A DNA stretch of 64,000 nt. It comes from Oligoflexia bacterium (GTDB lineage: Bacteria > Bdellovibrionota > UBA1018 > CAIPTA01). Shown here piece after piece: positions 31,347-42,021 of this stretch. The notes beneath the pieces are model-generated. The model saw only the letters and a program-made list of their open reading frames with translations, made no database searches and had not been told where the DNA came from. A program made the translations under genes and the position numbers. The stretch covers positions 3,108 through 67,107 of the forward strand of contig CAIPTA010000179.1 in assembly GCA_903867855.1 (NCBI GenBank). The letters are read 5' to 3'. How positions within the stretch are numbered: position 1 is the first letter of the stretch; each line of letters begins with the position of its first letter.

Positions 31347-31991
31347 TTACACAACTAGATAGAGAAGAGGGAACAAGAAGATCCAAACAAGATCCACAAT
31401 GTGCCAATACAAGCCTACGAATTCTACTGCATTATAGTGATGAGAATCAAAGTCGCCGCGATTCACTCTAATGTAAATCCAAGCAATACAAGCCATACCG
31501 ATCAGTACGTGAATTCCGTGAATCCCCGTCATCACAAAATAGAAGGAAAAGAAGAGCGCAGCGTTTGGTGCCTTCAACTCAGTGTTAGAATAAAATTTTC
31601 CAGGCAGTAGGCCTTCGTGAAACTTGTGCGAATATTCGAAAAATTTAATGCAAAGGAAAGTGCAGGCGCAAAGGAAAGTGAAAGCCAGCATCTTCTTGGC
31701 AAGCTCAGGCTTATCTCGTTGAATTGCGTTAATCGCCAGGGCCATCGTTAAACTGCTGGAGAGCAATACGATGGTATTGATCGAACCCAATACTTTATTC
31801 AATTCGTGGTGCGCCTCGCGGAACATCTCTGGATAGATATAGTGGAAAATTCCGTAGCCAACGAAGAGCCCACTGAAGAGCATGATTTCCGTTACTAGGA
31901 AGAGCCACATTCCGATTTTGCCAGCGGCGAACTCGTGGTCGGCACTGTTAAAGTGGTGCGCGTGATCCAATTTTGCGTGTGTACTGCTCAT
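31347..31991 (-). CDS. ctaE: Cytochrome c oxidase subunit III
   Basis: 214 aa with a typical subunit III helix pattern and conserved His-rich ends. Confidence 0.9.
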   Translation of the reverse strand: MSSTHAKLDHAHHFNSADHEFAAGKIGMWLFLVTEIMLFSGLFVGYGIFHYIYPEMFREAHHELNKVLGSINTIVLLSSSLTMALAINAIQRDKPELAKKMLAFTFLCACTFLCIKFFEYSHKFHEGLLPGKFYSNTELKAPNAALFFSFYFVMTGIHGIHVLIGMACIAWIYIRVNRGDFDSHHYNAVEFVGLYWHIVDLVWIFLFPLLYLVV

Positions 31992-32012
31992 CGCTAATTC
32001 CTCTTTTATCTA

Positions 32013-33614
32013 CTACGCGTGTACTGGTGTGCCGTACTCGTAAGGCCCTGCGGTGACCGTTGGAGTATGTTCAAAGTTTTCAAGCACAGGTGGAGACTGA
32101 GTGGTCCACTCCAGGCCCTTGCTATTCCAAGGATTCATCGGAGCTTTCTCACCATGCAAGGCGCTCCAAATGAAATTGAAGAGCATCACGATCACTGACA
32201 AGGCAATGATCCAAGACCCTACAGTGGACACTTGGTTCCAGCCCGTATATTTCGGCAAGTAATCATAGTAGCGACGAGGCATACCATTCACACCAAGCAC
32301 AAACTGCGCCATGAAGGTAATATTGAAGCCGATGAAGAAGAGCACGAAGTTCACTCGGCCAAGCATCTCGTTATACATTTTGCCAGTCATCTTCGGGAAC
32401 CAATAGTAGAGACCAGCAAAGAAGGCCACCACCGTACCGCCCATCATCACGTAGTGAAAGTGAGCCACCACGAAATACGTAGCTTGGAAGTGCATATCGA
32501 TCGAAAGAGCACCCAAGAAAATCCCAGTGAGACCACCGATCGCAAAGGTGAATAAAAATCCGAGGGCAAAAAGCATCGGAGTTTTTAGGCTAATCGAGCC
32601 CTTATAGAGAGTCGCCACCCAGTTGAACATTTTCACGGCAGAGGGCACTGCGGTAGCCATCGTAAAGAGGGAGAATAGGAAATTCGCTACCAAGCTCTGT
32701 CCGCTGGTGAACATGTGGTGTCCCCACACGAGGAAGCTCACAAAAGCCAAACCGAGGGAAGATGCCGCAACCGCTTTGTAACCAAAAATTGTTTTTTGGG
32801 AGAAGGTGGTGAGTACTTCCGAGATGATTCCCATGCCAGGCAAAATCATGATGTATACTGCAGGGTGAGAGTAGAACCAGAAAAAGTGCTGGAACAATAC
32901 TGGGTCACCGCCTAGTTTCGGATCAAAGAATCCGATTCCGAGGAAACGTTCTGCAGCTAGAAGGAGAAGGGTGATTCCGATTACAGGAGTCGCAAATACT
33001 TGTAGCACTGCGGTAGCATAAATAGCCCAGACGAAAAGCGGCATGCGAAACCAGGTCATTCCTGGGCAACGCAAGGTATGGGTAGTTGCGATGAAGTTTA
33101 GGCCAGTGAGAATGGAAGAGAATCCCATCAAAAACACGCCAAGTACCATGCTCACTACGTTGGCGCCAGTGCGGATGGAGTAAGGAGTATAGAAAGTCCA
33201 GCCGGTATCTGCGCCATTGCCAGCCATTAAACCATAAAGGTTTACGGCCATACCTAAAATCAGGAGGTAATAGCTAAGCAAGTTAAGCTTAGGAAAGGCT
33301 ACATCTTTCGCACCAATCATGATGGGCAAGAAGAAATTGCCTAAGATTCCCGGCACTGCGGGAATGATGAACCAGAATACCATGATCGCACCGTGCAAGG
33401 TGAAAGCACGATTATAGTTTTGCTGCGACATGATGGTTGGGCCGGGAGTGAAAAGCTCCAAGCGCACGAGCAACGCAAAAATACCACCGATCACAAAGGA
33501 TAGTAGTGTGGTGTATAGATAAAGAATTCCGATTCGCTTGTGGTCGAGAGTGATTAGCCAATTCTTCAGACCACTGGAGGCTTTATAAAAATTCACATTC
33601 GCAGCATGGGACAT
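32013..33614 (-). CDS. ctaD: Cytochrome c oxidase subunit I
   Basis: 533 aa with WGHHMFTSG and WFYSHPAVY motifs. Confidence 0.95.
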   Translation of the reverse strand: MSHAANVNFYKASSGLKNWLITLDHKRIGILYLYTTLLSFVIGGIFALLVRLELFTPGPTIMSQQNYNRAFTLHGAIMVFWFIIPAVPGILGNFFLPIMIGAKDVAFPKLNLLSYYLLILGMAVNLYGLMAGNGADTGWTFYTPYSIRTGANVVSMVLGVFLMGFSSILTGLNFIATTHTLRCPGMTWFRMPLFVWAIYATAVLQVFATPVIGITLLLLAAERFLGIGFFDPKLGGDPVLFQHFFWFYSHPAVYIMILPGMGIISEVLTTFSQKTIFGYKAVAASSLGLAFVSFLVWGHHMFTSGQSLVANFLFSLFTMATAVPSAVKMFNWVATLYKGSISLKTPMLFALGFLFTFAIGGLTGIFLGALSIDMHFQATYFVVAHFHYVMMGGTVVAFFAGLYYWFPKMTGKMYNEMLGRVNFVLFFIGFNITFMAQFVLGVNGMPRRYYDYLPKYTGWNQVSTVGSWIIALSVIVMLFNFIWSALHGEKAPMNPWNSKGLEWTTQSPPVLENFEHTPTVTAGPYEYGTPVHA

Positions 33615-33629
33615 AAACGAATCCTCTCG

Positions 33630-34592
33630 TTATTTCAGCGTCTTAATATACGCAATCAAAGCATTAATATCTTCGTCGGAAACTAAACCAGTGAACATAG
33701 GCATCTGTGGCGGATAGCCTTTCACGATTTTTGCCATTGGGGCAACAATAGATTCACGGAGATAATTTTCGTCGGCCACAACAGTTTGGCCATCGTTCAA
33801 TTCAACTTTCGATCCGTAGAGACCTTTAAATGTTGGGCCAATCAAACGCGAGCCATCGATAGTGTGACAAGTTACGCATGTTTTGGATTGGTAGAGACCA
33901 TGACCACGCTCTGCGAGAGTCATGGTTGGAGCTGCGGCACCAGCTGCCGCTACCGGGGCACGATACATACCGTCGAGCCATTTTTGGAAATCATCTGGCT
34001 CCACAACGTGCACGATACCGATCATTCCAGAGTGAGCGCCACCGCAGTATTGCGCACAGAATATATCGTAGTCGCCAGTTTTATTCGCTGTGAAGCGCAA
34101 GTTTGTGTACTGACCAGGCACCGCATCTTGCTTCACGCGAAAAGCCGGAATGAAAAAATCGTGGGTAACATCTTTCGAGGTCATGATAACGCGCACCGGA
34201 CGGCCGCGAGGAACATACATCTCATTCATCAGCGTTTTGCCTTCAGCGTATTGCACTGTCCAGCTCCACTGCTGACCGATCACATTGATTTCATATTCGC
34301 CAAGCTTCGGCGCAATGAAATCCGAATAGTCATACCAACCCCAAAGAAAGATAATCGCTACCACTACTGAAGTAGCGAAGATGGAGAGAAACTCTACCAA
34401 ATAATTATGGGGAATATAGGGAGTATGCTCATTGTCGCGACGGCGGCGATACTTCACCACGAAGATAAATCCCGCTCCGATGCAGAGCACGAAGGAAACG
34501 ATCGAGGTGACGATCAAGAAGTGTAACAACAAATTAAATTTATCTGCTGATACAGAGGCCGCTGGTAAAAAATTGAGAGCTAAAGAGGACAT
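33630..34592 (-). CDS. ctaC: Cytochrome c oxidase subunit II with C-terminal cytochrome c (caa3 type)
   Basis: CuA site CAQYCGGAHSGM plus CVTCH. I prefer ATG 34592, which makes a TAATG overlap with the SCO1 stop, over the track's TTG at 34622. Confidence 0.9.
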   Translation of the reverse strand: MSSLALNFLPAASVSADKFNLLLHFLIVTSIVSFVLCIGAGFIFVVKYRRRRDNEHTPYIPHNYLVEFLSIFATSVVVAIIFLWGWYDYSDFIAPKLGEYEINVIGQQWSWTVQYAEGKTLMNEMYVPRGRPVRVIMTSKDVTHDFFIPAFRVKQDAVPGQYTNLRFTANKTGDYDIFCAQYCGGAHSGMIGIVHVVEPDDFQKWLDGMYRAPVAAAGAAAPTMTLAERGHGLYQSKTCVTCHTIDGSRLIGPTFKGLYGSKVELNDGQTVVADENYLRESIVAPMAKIVKGYPPQMPMFTGLVSDEDINALIAYIKTLK

Positions 34593-35407
34593 TAAACTTC
34601 GAATCCTTTCTTCCTGCGCCAATAGAGCGCAAGGTAGGCAATTCCCGCTACGGCTACCATAATCCCGCCGCCCACCTTCATCAAGTTCACGGCAAAGATA
34701 CTGTATTTACTTTCCTTTGGATCGTAATGATAACAAAGAGCAAAGAATTTTTCAGCAAGAGACCCAATTTTTCCTTCGCCCGCCTCCAGAAGTGCAAGCT
34801 TCATATCTGTGGGAGCCAAAGCGAGCGCGGGTAAAACCCGATCCAGCTTGCCTTCCGGGGAGAGCATAAAAATTGCCGCGCCGTGTGCATACTGTTTTTC
34901 TTCGGGGATATATTTATAGGCAAAACCGATAGTGTTCGCTACGCGATCGATATTTTCTTTCGAGCCCACCAAAAAATGCCAATTTTTCTGCGCCGCAGCT
35001 TCGAACTCTGGGCTATTGGTTGACTTCAAAATTGCGGCCTTCTTCTTCGCAGCCAAATCACTTTTCTCTGTGGGATCAATGCTGATGGTAATGACCTGGT
35101 AGCGGTCACCCATTTTCCAATCGATCGCCCGAAACGCATCCTTCGCCTGGTTTAACATCACGCCGCATAGCATTGGGCAACCGTAGTAATTTAGAATCAG
35201 CGCCACAGGTTGACGGCCATCGAAATAGTTTTTGAGCGTAATTGTTTGGCCTGCTTCATCCTGAAATGGAGTAGACAGATCCAGCGTAGCACCGAGTTTC
35301 GGAAAAATGCCCACTCCCTGCACTGCTTGCGGCACTTGCTCAGCAGAAAAAGCCAAAGGAGCTAGGAGAAAAAATAGAATCCAACTACAGCGAGATAGGA
35401 TCGGCAT
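34592..35407 (-). CDS. SCO1/SenC copper chaperone
   Basis: Signal peptide and a thioredoxin-like CPMLC (CxxxC) motif. Located upstream of ctaC. Confidence 0.8.
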   Translation of the reverse strand: MPILSRCSWILFFLLAPLAFSAEQVPQAVQGVGIFPKLGATLDLSTPFQDEAGQTITLKNYFDGRQPVALILNYYGCPMLCGVMLNQAKDAFRAIDWKMGDRYQVITISIDPTEKSDLAAKKKAAILKSTNSPEFEAAAQKNWHFLVGSKENIDRVANTIGFAYKYIPEEKQYAHGAAIFMLSPEGKLDRVLPALALAPTDMKLALLEAGEGKIGSLAEKFFALCYHYDPKESKYSIFAVNLMKVGGGIMVAVAGIAYLALYWRRKKGFEV

Positions 35408-35478
35408 TGTCCTTCATGTAACGCTTTCATTCCGCTAGTGCAACATTTTCTGCGAATTTCTGGTATGAAGCACTCTAT

Positions 35479-36273
35479 ATGATGACTCACTTTGCCCATG
35501 ACAAAAACGAATACGTGCTTCAAGAAGATGGCCTTCATTTTACTAGGGCCGACGGCAAGACAATCTCCCTTCCATGGAGCGGAATGAGAGCCCTCAAAAA
35601 ATCTGCGTTCTCGAAAAAACTCAAAGTTACTGGGCGCAATACTAGCATTCCCTTGCACTTCTTATCCGACTCCGCTCAAAAAGAGCTCGCATTAGCTCTG
35701 TTTGCCCAGTGGCGAAATCACGATCCTGATGGCGCAAAAAAAGCAGCCTTTGATTATGTGGATAAACAGCGCGGCTTCACCAGCTTCTTACTCGGCTCCT
35801 GCCTACTCTTCGCCTTCCCTCTGGCTTTCGTTTTGATGCACGAATCTTTAGACGAATATCATTGTTCCCAGGCCCTCCGCGGAAATTCGGTGATAACCAC
35901 GGCCAATATCACCAAGATGACGCGCAAGAATGATGGACCCTTCTTATTAGAGTTAGAATTTCAGACTAAGGAAGGAATAATCCTCAAAGGAAAGGATCAA
36001 TATATCTTGGGAGAAAATGGCAAAACTCCTCCCACTCAAATTCCTTTGGTCTACGATCGCGATCATCCGAGCTGCTGGTCGCTCACCCCAAATCCCGAGA
36101 GCCAAGAAGTGAACTGGGCCAAGCGTCGCTTTTTCGAAGCCTATACCTTTCTCTTCGGACTCTTCTTCGCGCTGATTGGTCTTTACGGAATGATTTGGGG
36201 AGTTGCGAAGCGCGTTGAAAAACGGGATTTCCGCGAAGAGTTGATCACGAGTTTTGGGTTAGAGTTGAAATAG
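35479..36273 (+). CDS. Hypothetical membrane protein (DUF3592-like topology)
   Basis: Two TM helices flank a soluble beta-rich segment. Weak family guess only. Confidence 0.4.
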   Translation: MMTHFAHDKNEYVLQEDGLHFTRADGKTISLPWSGMRALKKSAFSKKLKVTGRNTSIPLHFLSDSAQKELALALFAQWRNHDPDGAKKAAFDYVDKQRGFTSFLLGSCLLFAFPLAFVLMHESLDEYHCSQALRGNSVITTANITKMTRKNDGPFLLELEFQTKEGIILKGKDQYILGENGKTPPTQIPLVYDRDHPSCWSLTPNPESQEVNWAKRRFFEAYTFLFGLFFALIGLYGMIWGVAKRVEKRDFREELITSFGLELK

Positions 36274-36274
36274 C

Positions 36275-36772
36275 ATGCTGAGTCTCCGGTGCCTCGATGA
36301 GGCGAGCGATCAGAGTGCGCTGCAGCTAGTATTAGAAAATGCGCAGACCTATGCGCTTCGCGTTTCGGGTTTGCCTCAAGCCGAGAGTGCTGCTGCTGCT
36401 ATTTTTACTGCGCTTCCACCTGGCTTTCAAAAATCGAAGAAGTTTGTGCTGGGGATTTTTGAAAACTCAACTCTAATTGGGTGCATGGATGTGCTGAGAG
36501 GCTTTCCAACAGAAGAAGCGGCCCATATCGGCCTCCTACTATTGAGAGAAGATAAACAGGCTAGTGGGTTTGGTCGAGATTCCTATGCCCTCTTAGAAAA
36601 ATTCATGAAAAGCTGGACGGAAATTAAAGTGCTGCGACTAAGTGTTGTCGCCACAAATGGTGAGGTGATTCCTTTCTGGCGCAAAATGGGTTTCCAGGAA
36701 ACTGGCGAGCGTCGGCCATATCAAGATGGCACTGTGAGCTCGGAAGCCATTATCTTGAAGAAAGCATTTTAA
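36275..36772 (+). CDS. GNAT-family N-acetyltransferase
   Basis: Acetyl-CoA pocket pattern QASGFGR plus the C-terminal FWRKMGF. Confidence 0.7.
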   Translation: MLSLRCLDEASDQSALQLVLENAQTYALRVSGLPQAESAAAAIFTALPPGFQKSKKFVLGIFENSTLIGCMDVLRGFPTEEAAHIGLLLLREDKQASGFGRDSYALLEKFMKSWTEIKVLRLSVVATNGEVIPFWRKMGFQETGERRPYQDGTVSSEAIILKKAF

Positions 36773-36775
36773 GTT

Positions 36776-37573
36776 TTGCGGAAACAAGTTCTTAGCGCAA
36801 TTCTCCTTTTTACCTTTGCGCAGCTACCAGCGTTCGCTGCCCAAGAGAACCAAGATTTTATCCAGAGTTCGACAGAGGCCAAAAAAATAGAATTCTACTG
36901 GTCGAAGCCAGCAGGCCAAGGCCCCTTTCCCCTACTGCTCCTCATTCATCCCGACCAAGACTCCCCCAAAATTGGTGGCAAGGTATTTATTGAAATGGGA
37001 CAGCTCGAGTACTGGTCAAAAAAAGGATTTGTCACCGTGGCTATTTCTCAACCAGGCTATGGGGCGTCTGAGGGTCCAGCCGATTTTTGCGGCCCTCACA
37101 CGCAGGCGGCGGCGCTCGAGGTGCTTAGCTTTTTCCGGGCAAAAAAAGAACTGGTTTCTAAGCGAATATTTATCTATGGGGGCAGCAGAGGGGCGGTAGT
37201 GGCAAGCATGCTAGCAGCGAAAGCGCCTGAGCTCTCCGGAGTTATTCTGAAATCAGGAGTCTATAATTTCGTAGAATGGACCAGAGTCACATCTTGGTTC
37301 AATCCGATTAAACTCACCCTGCTTTGGGAAATGGGCTGGCCCACGGAAGAAAAGTTGAAAGCTCGCTCCGCAATCTTTCTCGCCGACAATATTAAAGCTC
37401 CGACTTTGATCATTCATGGCACGCACGATAGCCGCGCCCCCCTCTCCATCGCAGAAGAGCTTAGCGAGAATATCAATCGAGCTGGTGGCAAAGCACAGCT
37501 CGTGAAAATCGACTCCGAACACGTAATTCCCATGACGAAAGTGAATGAGCTGATGGAAACATTTATGAAGTAA
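36776..37573 (+). CDS. Secreted alpha/beta hydrolase (S9 / dienelactone hydrolase-like)
   Basis: Signal peptide, nucleophile elbow GGSRG, late D...H. TTG start as in the track. Confidence 0.7.
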   Translation: MRKQVLSAILLFTFAQLPAFAAQENQDFIQSSTEAKKIEFYWSKPAGQGPFPLLLLIHPDQDSPKIGGKVFIEMGQLEYWSKKGFVTVAISQPGYGASEGPADFCGPHTQAAALEVLSFFRAKKELVSKRIFIYGGSRGAVVASMLAAKAPELSGVILKSGVYNFVEWTRVTSWFNPIKLTLLWEMGWPTEEKLKARSAIFLADNIKAPTLIIHGTHDSRAPLSIAEELSENINRAGGKAQLVKIDSEHVIPMTKVNELMETFMK

Positions 37574-37586
37574 TACCGGGGTGAGC

Positions 37587-38117
37587 TCAAGCTCCAAGCC
37601 CTTTTATCTTATTTCGCTTGGGTAGGTCTGAATGCATGAGCTGACGAATCGCCTCAAAGACAGCATGGAATTTTTCATCGTGCTGGGTAAACTTTCTTTC
37701 CAGCAGTTCAAGTTTTTTTGCCAGCGGTATGTCTCCTTCCAGTACGCCACGCATCTTCACAAAGGCACGCATAATGGCGATATTCACTTGAATGGCACGT
37801 TCGCTGTTGAGAACACCTGACAACATCGCCACTCCTTCTTGCGTAAAGACGAAAGGAAGATATCTCGCGCCACCGTGGACGGCTTTCGCCGAAGAACTTG
37901 AGGTGCCAAATTGGCATCTCAAGTTTTCTAACTCAGCAGTAGTAAGTTGGAACATAAAGTCGTTTGGAAATCGGTCGATATTTCTTCGTACCGATCTCTT
38001 TAAAGTACCAGTTTCTACTCCATACAAACTAGCCAGATCGCTATCGAGCATCACTCGATATCCACGAATGGAATAGATCGATTGTCCAATTGTAGTATGC
38101 AGTATCTGCTTTTCCAT
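37587..38117 (-). CDS. ORF6N (KilA-N-related) DNA-binding domain protein
   Basis: IYSIRGYRVMLDSDLASLYGVETGTLKRSVRRNIDRFPNDFMFQLT is the characteristic ORF6N N-terminal domain. This family is typically phage or mobile-element associated. Confidence 0.7.
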   Translation of the reverse strand: MEKQILHTTIGQSIYSIRGYRVMLDSDLASLYGVETGTLKRSVRRNIDRFPNDFMFQLTTAELENLRCQFGTSSSSAKAVHGGARYLPFVFTQEGVAMLSGVLNSERAIQVNIAIMRAFVKMRGVLEGDIPLAKKLELLERKFTQHDEKFHAVFEAIRQLMHSDLPKRNKIKGLGA

Positions 38118-38330
38118 TCGATGGACTAAGCAAATTTAGTGCCTGGCCTTGAAACGCGGTATGCGCGACAAAGGCTATGGAAGTTTGGCGGCGCCGAATC
38201 ATATGCGTCGGCGCTCAAAAATGCAAGAGACCGCGGCGCGCGACGACGCCCGACCAATGCGGCCGTAAGTGGCCGCAGCGGAAGGAAGGAGAAGCGCAAC
38301 AAAGGGATTTTGCGTTTTTGAACGCCGACT

Positions 38331-39509
38331 TTACATTACGTGGTGGTGTAGGGACTCGTGTAGATAAGGATCCTTCACCGGCATCGTCGCCTGCTTCGCC
38401 AAGAAACGTCGCACGAAGAACAAGAAGAAGCCGAAGAAACCAATGAACAAACCAAAATCCTGCCAGCCCACGCGGAAGCCATCCGGAGAAAAAGTAGGCA
38501 TGATGAGATAGTTTAAATCAATCCACTCCCCGAACAGCACGATGCAAGAAACGAAAGCGAGATAAGCGCAAGAGCGTTTTGCTGCGCGCGGAAGGAGCAT
38601 GAGGAATGGTAGGAAGAAACGAAATAGAGGCAAGGAAATCGCCACAAATACCCAGCCCGGCACTTGGCGAGCCAAGTAGAAGGTGGTTTCTTCCGGCAAG
38701 TTAGCATACCAGATCAAGAGGTATTGGCTCACACCGATATAGGCCCAGAAAATCGAGAAGCCGAAAAGATATTTTCCAAGATCATGAAAATGATCATCGG
38801 TAAGTTCCTTTAAGTATCCATGATGTTGCAAGGAACGAATCATTAGGATGGCTGCAGCCACAGAGGCCTGCACGAAACCAATGAACATATACACACCAAA
38901 CATAGTGGAGAACCACTTTGGATCTAGCGATTTCACAAGGTCTACGGAGAACATCGTGAAGCTGGGAGCAAAAAGAACGAGAAACAAAGCACTCAAAGGC
39001 TTTTGTTTATTCGTGCGCTCTACTCCACCCTCTTTATCTTGAGCGGTAGAATTGCAAATCAACTTCTGAGATAGCCAAGTGGTGATCACGAAGAAGAAAA
39101 GCACGCGAGCGGCGTAGAAAGGAAAGCTGAAGAAGCCGATTTTCGCGGCCAAAATTTTATCACTCTGCATGTAGACTGTATCTGTCCACGGATAGATTTT
39201 TTTCAAACCGAAAAAGAGCAGAAGATTAAACGCAAAGGCCACAGGAATATAGGAGGCCATAGCTTCAAATATTCGGCGAGCCACAATGATCCAGCCTGCG
39301 GAGGCGAGATAATGAATCACCAAGATGAAGCAAGCACCGATGCCAAGCCCCATGAAGAACGTGTGACAAACGAGGAAGCTAAACCAAGTGTGGTGAGGGT
39401 CTACCGAAAGACCCGCCAAGAATGTAGCCACTCCGAATGCCATCAGGGCAAGCACGAGTAGATTCGACTGGGAACTGGTTTCTAATTTTTTTGCATCTAC
39501 GGTTTTCAT
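38331..39509 (-). CDS. actF: Alternative complex III subunit ActF (polytopic membrane subunit)
   Basis: About 10 TM helices and last gene of the actABCDEF order. Confidence 0.75.
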   Translation of the reverse strand: MKTVDAKKLETSSQSNLLVLALMAFGVATFLAGLSVDPHHTWFSFLVCHTFFMGLGIGACFILVIHYLASAGWIIVARRIFEAMASYIPVAFAFNLLLFFGLKKIYPWTDTVYMQSDKILAAKIGFFSFPFYAARVLFFFVITTWLSQKLICNSTAQDKEGGVERTNKQKPLSALFLVLFAPSFTMFSVDLVKSLDPKWFSTMFGVYMFIGFVQASVAAAILMIRSLQHHGYLKELTDDHFHDLGKYLFGFSIFWAYIGVSQYLLIWYANLPEETTFYLARQVPGWVFVAISLPLFRFFLPFLMLLPRAAKRSCAYLAFVSCIVLFGEWIDLNYLIMPTFSPDGFRVGWQDFGLFIGFFGFFLFFVRRFLAKQATMPVKDPYLHESLHHHVM

Positions 39510-39524
39510 GAGGGCTCCAGAAAC

Positions 39525-40112
39525 TTATTTCGAAACGAGTTGTTTTTTCAGCTCCTGCATGTCTTGGTCGGTGGGATGTTCCGCCCTTTGCAGCGCACGT
39601 ATATAAAGAATTACCGCCCAACGATCCATCGGCTGAATCTGTTGTGCATAGGAAGGCATCACACCTTGGCCCTTGGTGGCCACGTGGAAAATATGTCCAT
39701 CTTTCCACTTAAGCATATTGTCGCTCTGTAAGGATTTCGGAATCGGATACGGATTCACGATGGAACCATTTCCATAGCCAAGCGGACCATGGCAAGTGAT
39801 GCAGTAGTTATTAAAAATCTTTTGACCGCGGTGGATATTCGCTTCCGTCATCGGCAAAGGATTTTGCAAAACTTTTTCTGCTTCATCGGCTGTGGCGATG
39901 CGATAGGGCTTATGACCGCGAGCCACAGCTCCTTCAGGAGGAGTGAGCATACCGCTGCCATTGCCGAAGCCATCATAACCACGCTGTGGTTTCAAGTTCG
40001 GCGTATTCGCCATATGAGGCATATACTGCAGAACGGTGGTTTCCTTGCTGCAGCCAGTGATCACTGCGCTCGCAAGCAGAACAACAAATAGCGACTGTAG
40101 CTTCAACATCAT
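39525..40112 (-). CDS. actE: Alternative complex III subunit ActE (monoheme cytochrome c lipoprotein)
   Basis: Lipobox ITGC and a single CITCHG. Confidence 0.8.
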   Translation of the reverse strand: MMLKLQSLFVVLLASAVITGCSKETTVLQYMPHMANTPNLKPQRGYDGFGNGSGMLTPPEGAVARGHKPYRIATADEAEKVLQNPLPMTEANIHRGQKIFNNYCITCHGPLGYGNGSIVNPYPIPKSLQSDNMLKWKDGHIFHVATKGQGVMPSYAQQIQPMDRWAVILYIRALQRAEHPTDQDMQELKKQLVSK

Positions 40113-40636
40113 ACAGGCTCCGTGACTAGGGAAACTTTTTCCGCATGCAATCCGCCGAGGAAACTTTCAATTTCTTTGGCGGCAGCGCTTTGGTCTGCGA
40201 AAGGAATATACAAAGCAAAACGATCGTCGGAAATGCGAGGATCGAAAGGATTTGGATTTGTGTTCGGCAAGCCATTCAAGAAGAGCATGAATCCAGCCGT
40301 GGATAGACCCGCCAAAAGAACAGTGAGCTCGAACAAAATCGGAATAAAGGCTGGCATGGAAACGAAGGGCTTACCACCCACGTTAAGCGGCCAGTCGATC
40401 GCGGAAGTCCACACTTGCAAACCCATGGCAGTGGCAAAACCCGCTAGACCACCAAAGAAAGTGGCCCAAGGTACGATGGATTGTTTGAGACCTAGCGCTT
40501 CGTCCATTCCGTGAATCGGGAATGGAGTATAGCTTTCCACATTCTTGAAACCCTTTGCCCGTGCGGCTTTCGCAGCACTCAAAATCTCGGCGGAGCTAGT
40601 GAAGTACGCTACTGCGCCATTTGCATTAGTGGCCAT
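40109..40636 (-). CDS. actD: Alternative complex III subunit ActD (DUF3341)
   Basis: 175 aa with a soluble N-domain plus 2 TM helices. Positioned between actC and actE with overlapping stops and starts. Confidence 0.75.
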   Translation of the reverse strand: MATNANGAVAYFTSSAEILSAAKAARAKGFKNVESYTPFPIHGMDEALGLKQSIVPWATFFGGLAGFATAMGLQVWTSAIDWPLNVGGKPFVSMPAFIPILFELTVLLAGLSTAGFMLFLNGLPNTNPNPFDPRISDDRFALYIPFADQSAAAKEIESFLGGLHAEKVSLVTEPV

Positions 40637-42011
40637 GTTTGTCTCCTATTGGCATAATACTTTTTACTTCTGCCATGGCTACTACCGGCAAGAAGCGGCA
40701 GAAGAGCAGGAAGAGAGTGAAGAAAAGTCCGAAGGAACCGAGAGTGATGAACCAATCCGTGGTGGACGGTAGATAGTACATCCAGCGCGATGGTAGGAAA
40801 TCGCGGTGCAAAGAGGTTACAACGATCACGAAACGCTCGAACCACATCCCGATATTTACGAATACGCTCACGATGAACATCATGGGCACATTGCGACGGA
40901 ATTTCTTGAACCAGAAAATTTGTGGGATCAAAGTGTTACAGGTAATCATCGTCCAGTAGGCCCAAGCATAGGGGCCAAACGCGCGGTTCAAGAATACGTA
41001 GCGTTCGTAAGGATTGCCCGAGTACCAAGCGATGAAGAACTCTGTGGCGTAGGCCAAGCCCACCAACATACCAGTACACATGGTGATCTTGTTCATCGCT
41101 TCCAAGTGGTTGATGGTGATGTAGTTCTTCAGGTTGAACACTTCCCGTGCAATCACCATGAGCGTTACCACCATCGCGAAACCGGAGAAGATAGCTCCGA
41201 TTACGAAGTAAGGAGGGAATATCGTGGTGTGCCAACCGGGAAGGTTGGAAACGGCGAAATCGAAGGAAACGATGGTGTGCACAGAAAGTACGAGAGGAGC
41301 AGAGAGTCCGGCGAGCAGACCATAGGCTTTCTCATAGTGGTGCCAGTGGCGGCCCCCACCCTTCCAACCGAAGGAGAGCACAGTGTAGATAGCTTTGCGA
41401 ACTGGGTGCACGGCGCGATCACGAACCGTAGCGATATCGGGGATTAGACCGATGAACCAGAAAACCGCAGAGATCGTGAAGTACGTGGATACGGCGAATA
41501 CGTCCCAGAGAAGTGGAGAACGGAAGTTTACCCAGAGGGATCCCATGTTGTTTGGGTAAGGAAGTAGCCAGTAGCAAGCAAGCCATGGACGGCCCGTGTG
41601 ACCCAGCGGATACATAAGAGCGCAGATCACGGCGAAGATCGTCATTGCTTCGGCGGAACGGTTAATCCCTGTGCGCCAGTTCTGCCTAAACAAATAGAGA
41701 ACAGCGGAAATCAAAGTGCCGGCGTGACCGATACCGATCCAGAACACGAAGTTGATGATGTCAGCACCCCAAGCATTGGTGTTTTGAATACCCCAGTGAC
41801 CGAGACCATCCCAGATCGTGATTCCCCAGGCGGTGAGACCCATGAGAAGCACAAGCGAAGAAATCGTGATCGCAATATACCAACGCTGAGTTGGGAAACT
41901 CTCGAGTGGCGTACAAATATCACGAGTTACATCGGCGTATGTTTTTCCACCAGTTACCAGCGCGGGACGCTCTAACTGTACTGCTGCTCCATCTGTCATT
42001 GTCATGCTCAT
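40626..42011 (-). CDS. actC: Alternative complex III subunit ActC (NrfD/PsrC-like quinol-interacting membrane subunit)
   Basis: 461 aa with an NrfD-like 10-TM pattern. Confidence 0.85.
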   Translation of the reverse strand: MSMTMTDGAAVQLERPALVTGGKTYADVTRDICTPLESFPTQRWYIAITISSLVLLMGLTAWGITIWDGLGHWGIQNTNAWGADIINFVFWIGIGHAGTLISAVLYLFRQNWRTGINRSAEAMTIFAVICALMYPLGHTGRPWLACYWLLPYPNNMGSLWVNFRSPLLWDVFAVSTYFTISAVFWFIGLIPDIATVRDRAVHPVRKAIYTVLSFGWKGGGRHWHHYEKAYGLLAGLSAPLVLSVHTIVSFDFAVSNLPGWHTTIFPPYFVIGAIFSGFAMVVTLMVIAREVFNLKNYITINHLEAMNKITMCTGMLVGLAYATEFFIAWYSGNPYERYVFLNRAFGPYAWAYWTMITCNTLIPQIFWFKKFRRNVPMMFIVSVFVNIGMWFERFVIVVTSLHRDFLPSRWMYYLPSTTDWFITLGSFGLFFTLFLLFCRFLPVVAMAEVKSIMPIGDKHGH

Positions 42012-42021
42012 AGCCTATTCC

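Noticed and set aside
33786-34370. 194-aa plus-strand ORF opposite ctaC, with similar ORFs opposite ctaD and actC (40806-41447)
   Set aside because: They are antisense to well-supported respiratory genes.
38139-38446. Arg-rich 60- and 89-aa ORFs in the actF/ORF6N spacer
   Set aside because: Their composition is a by-product of GC-rich non-coding DNA. One of them runs antisense into actF.
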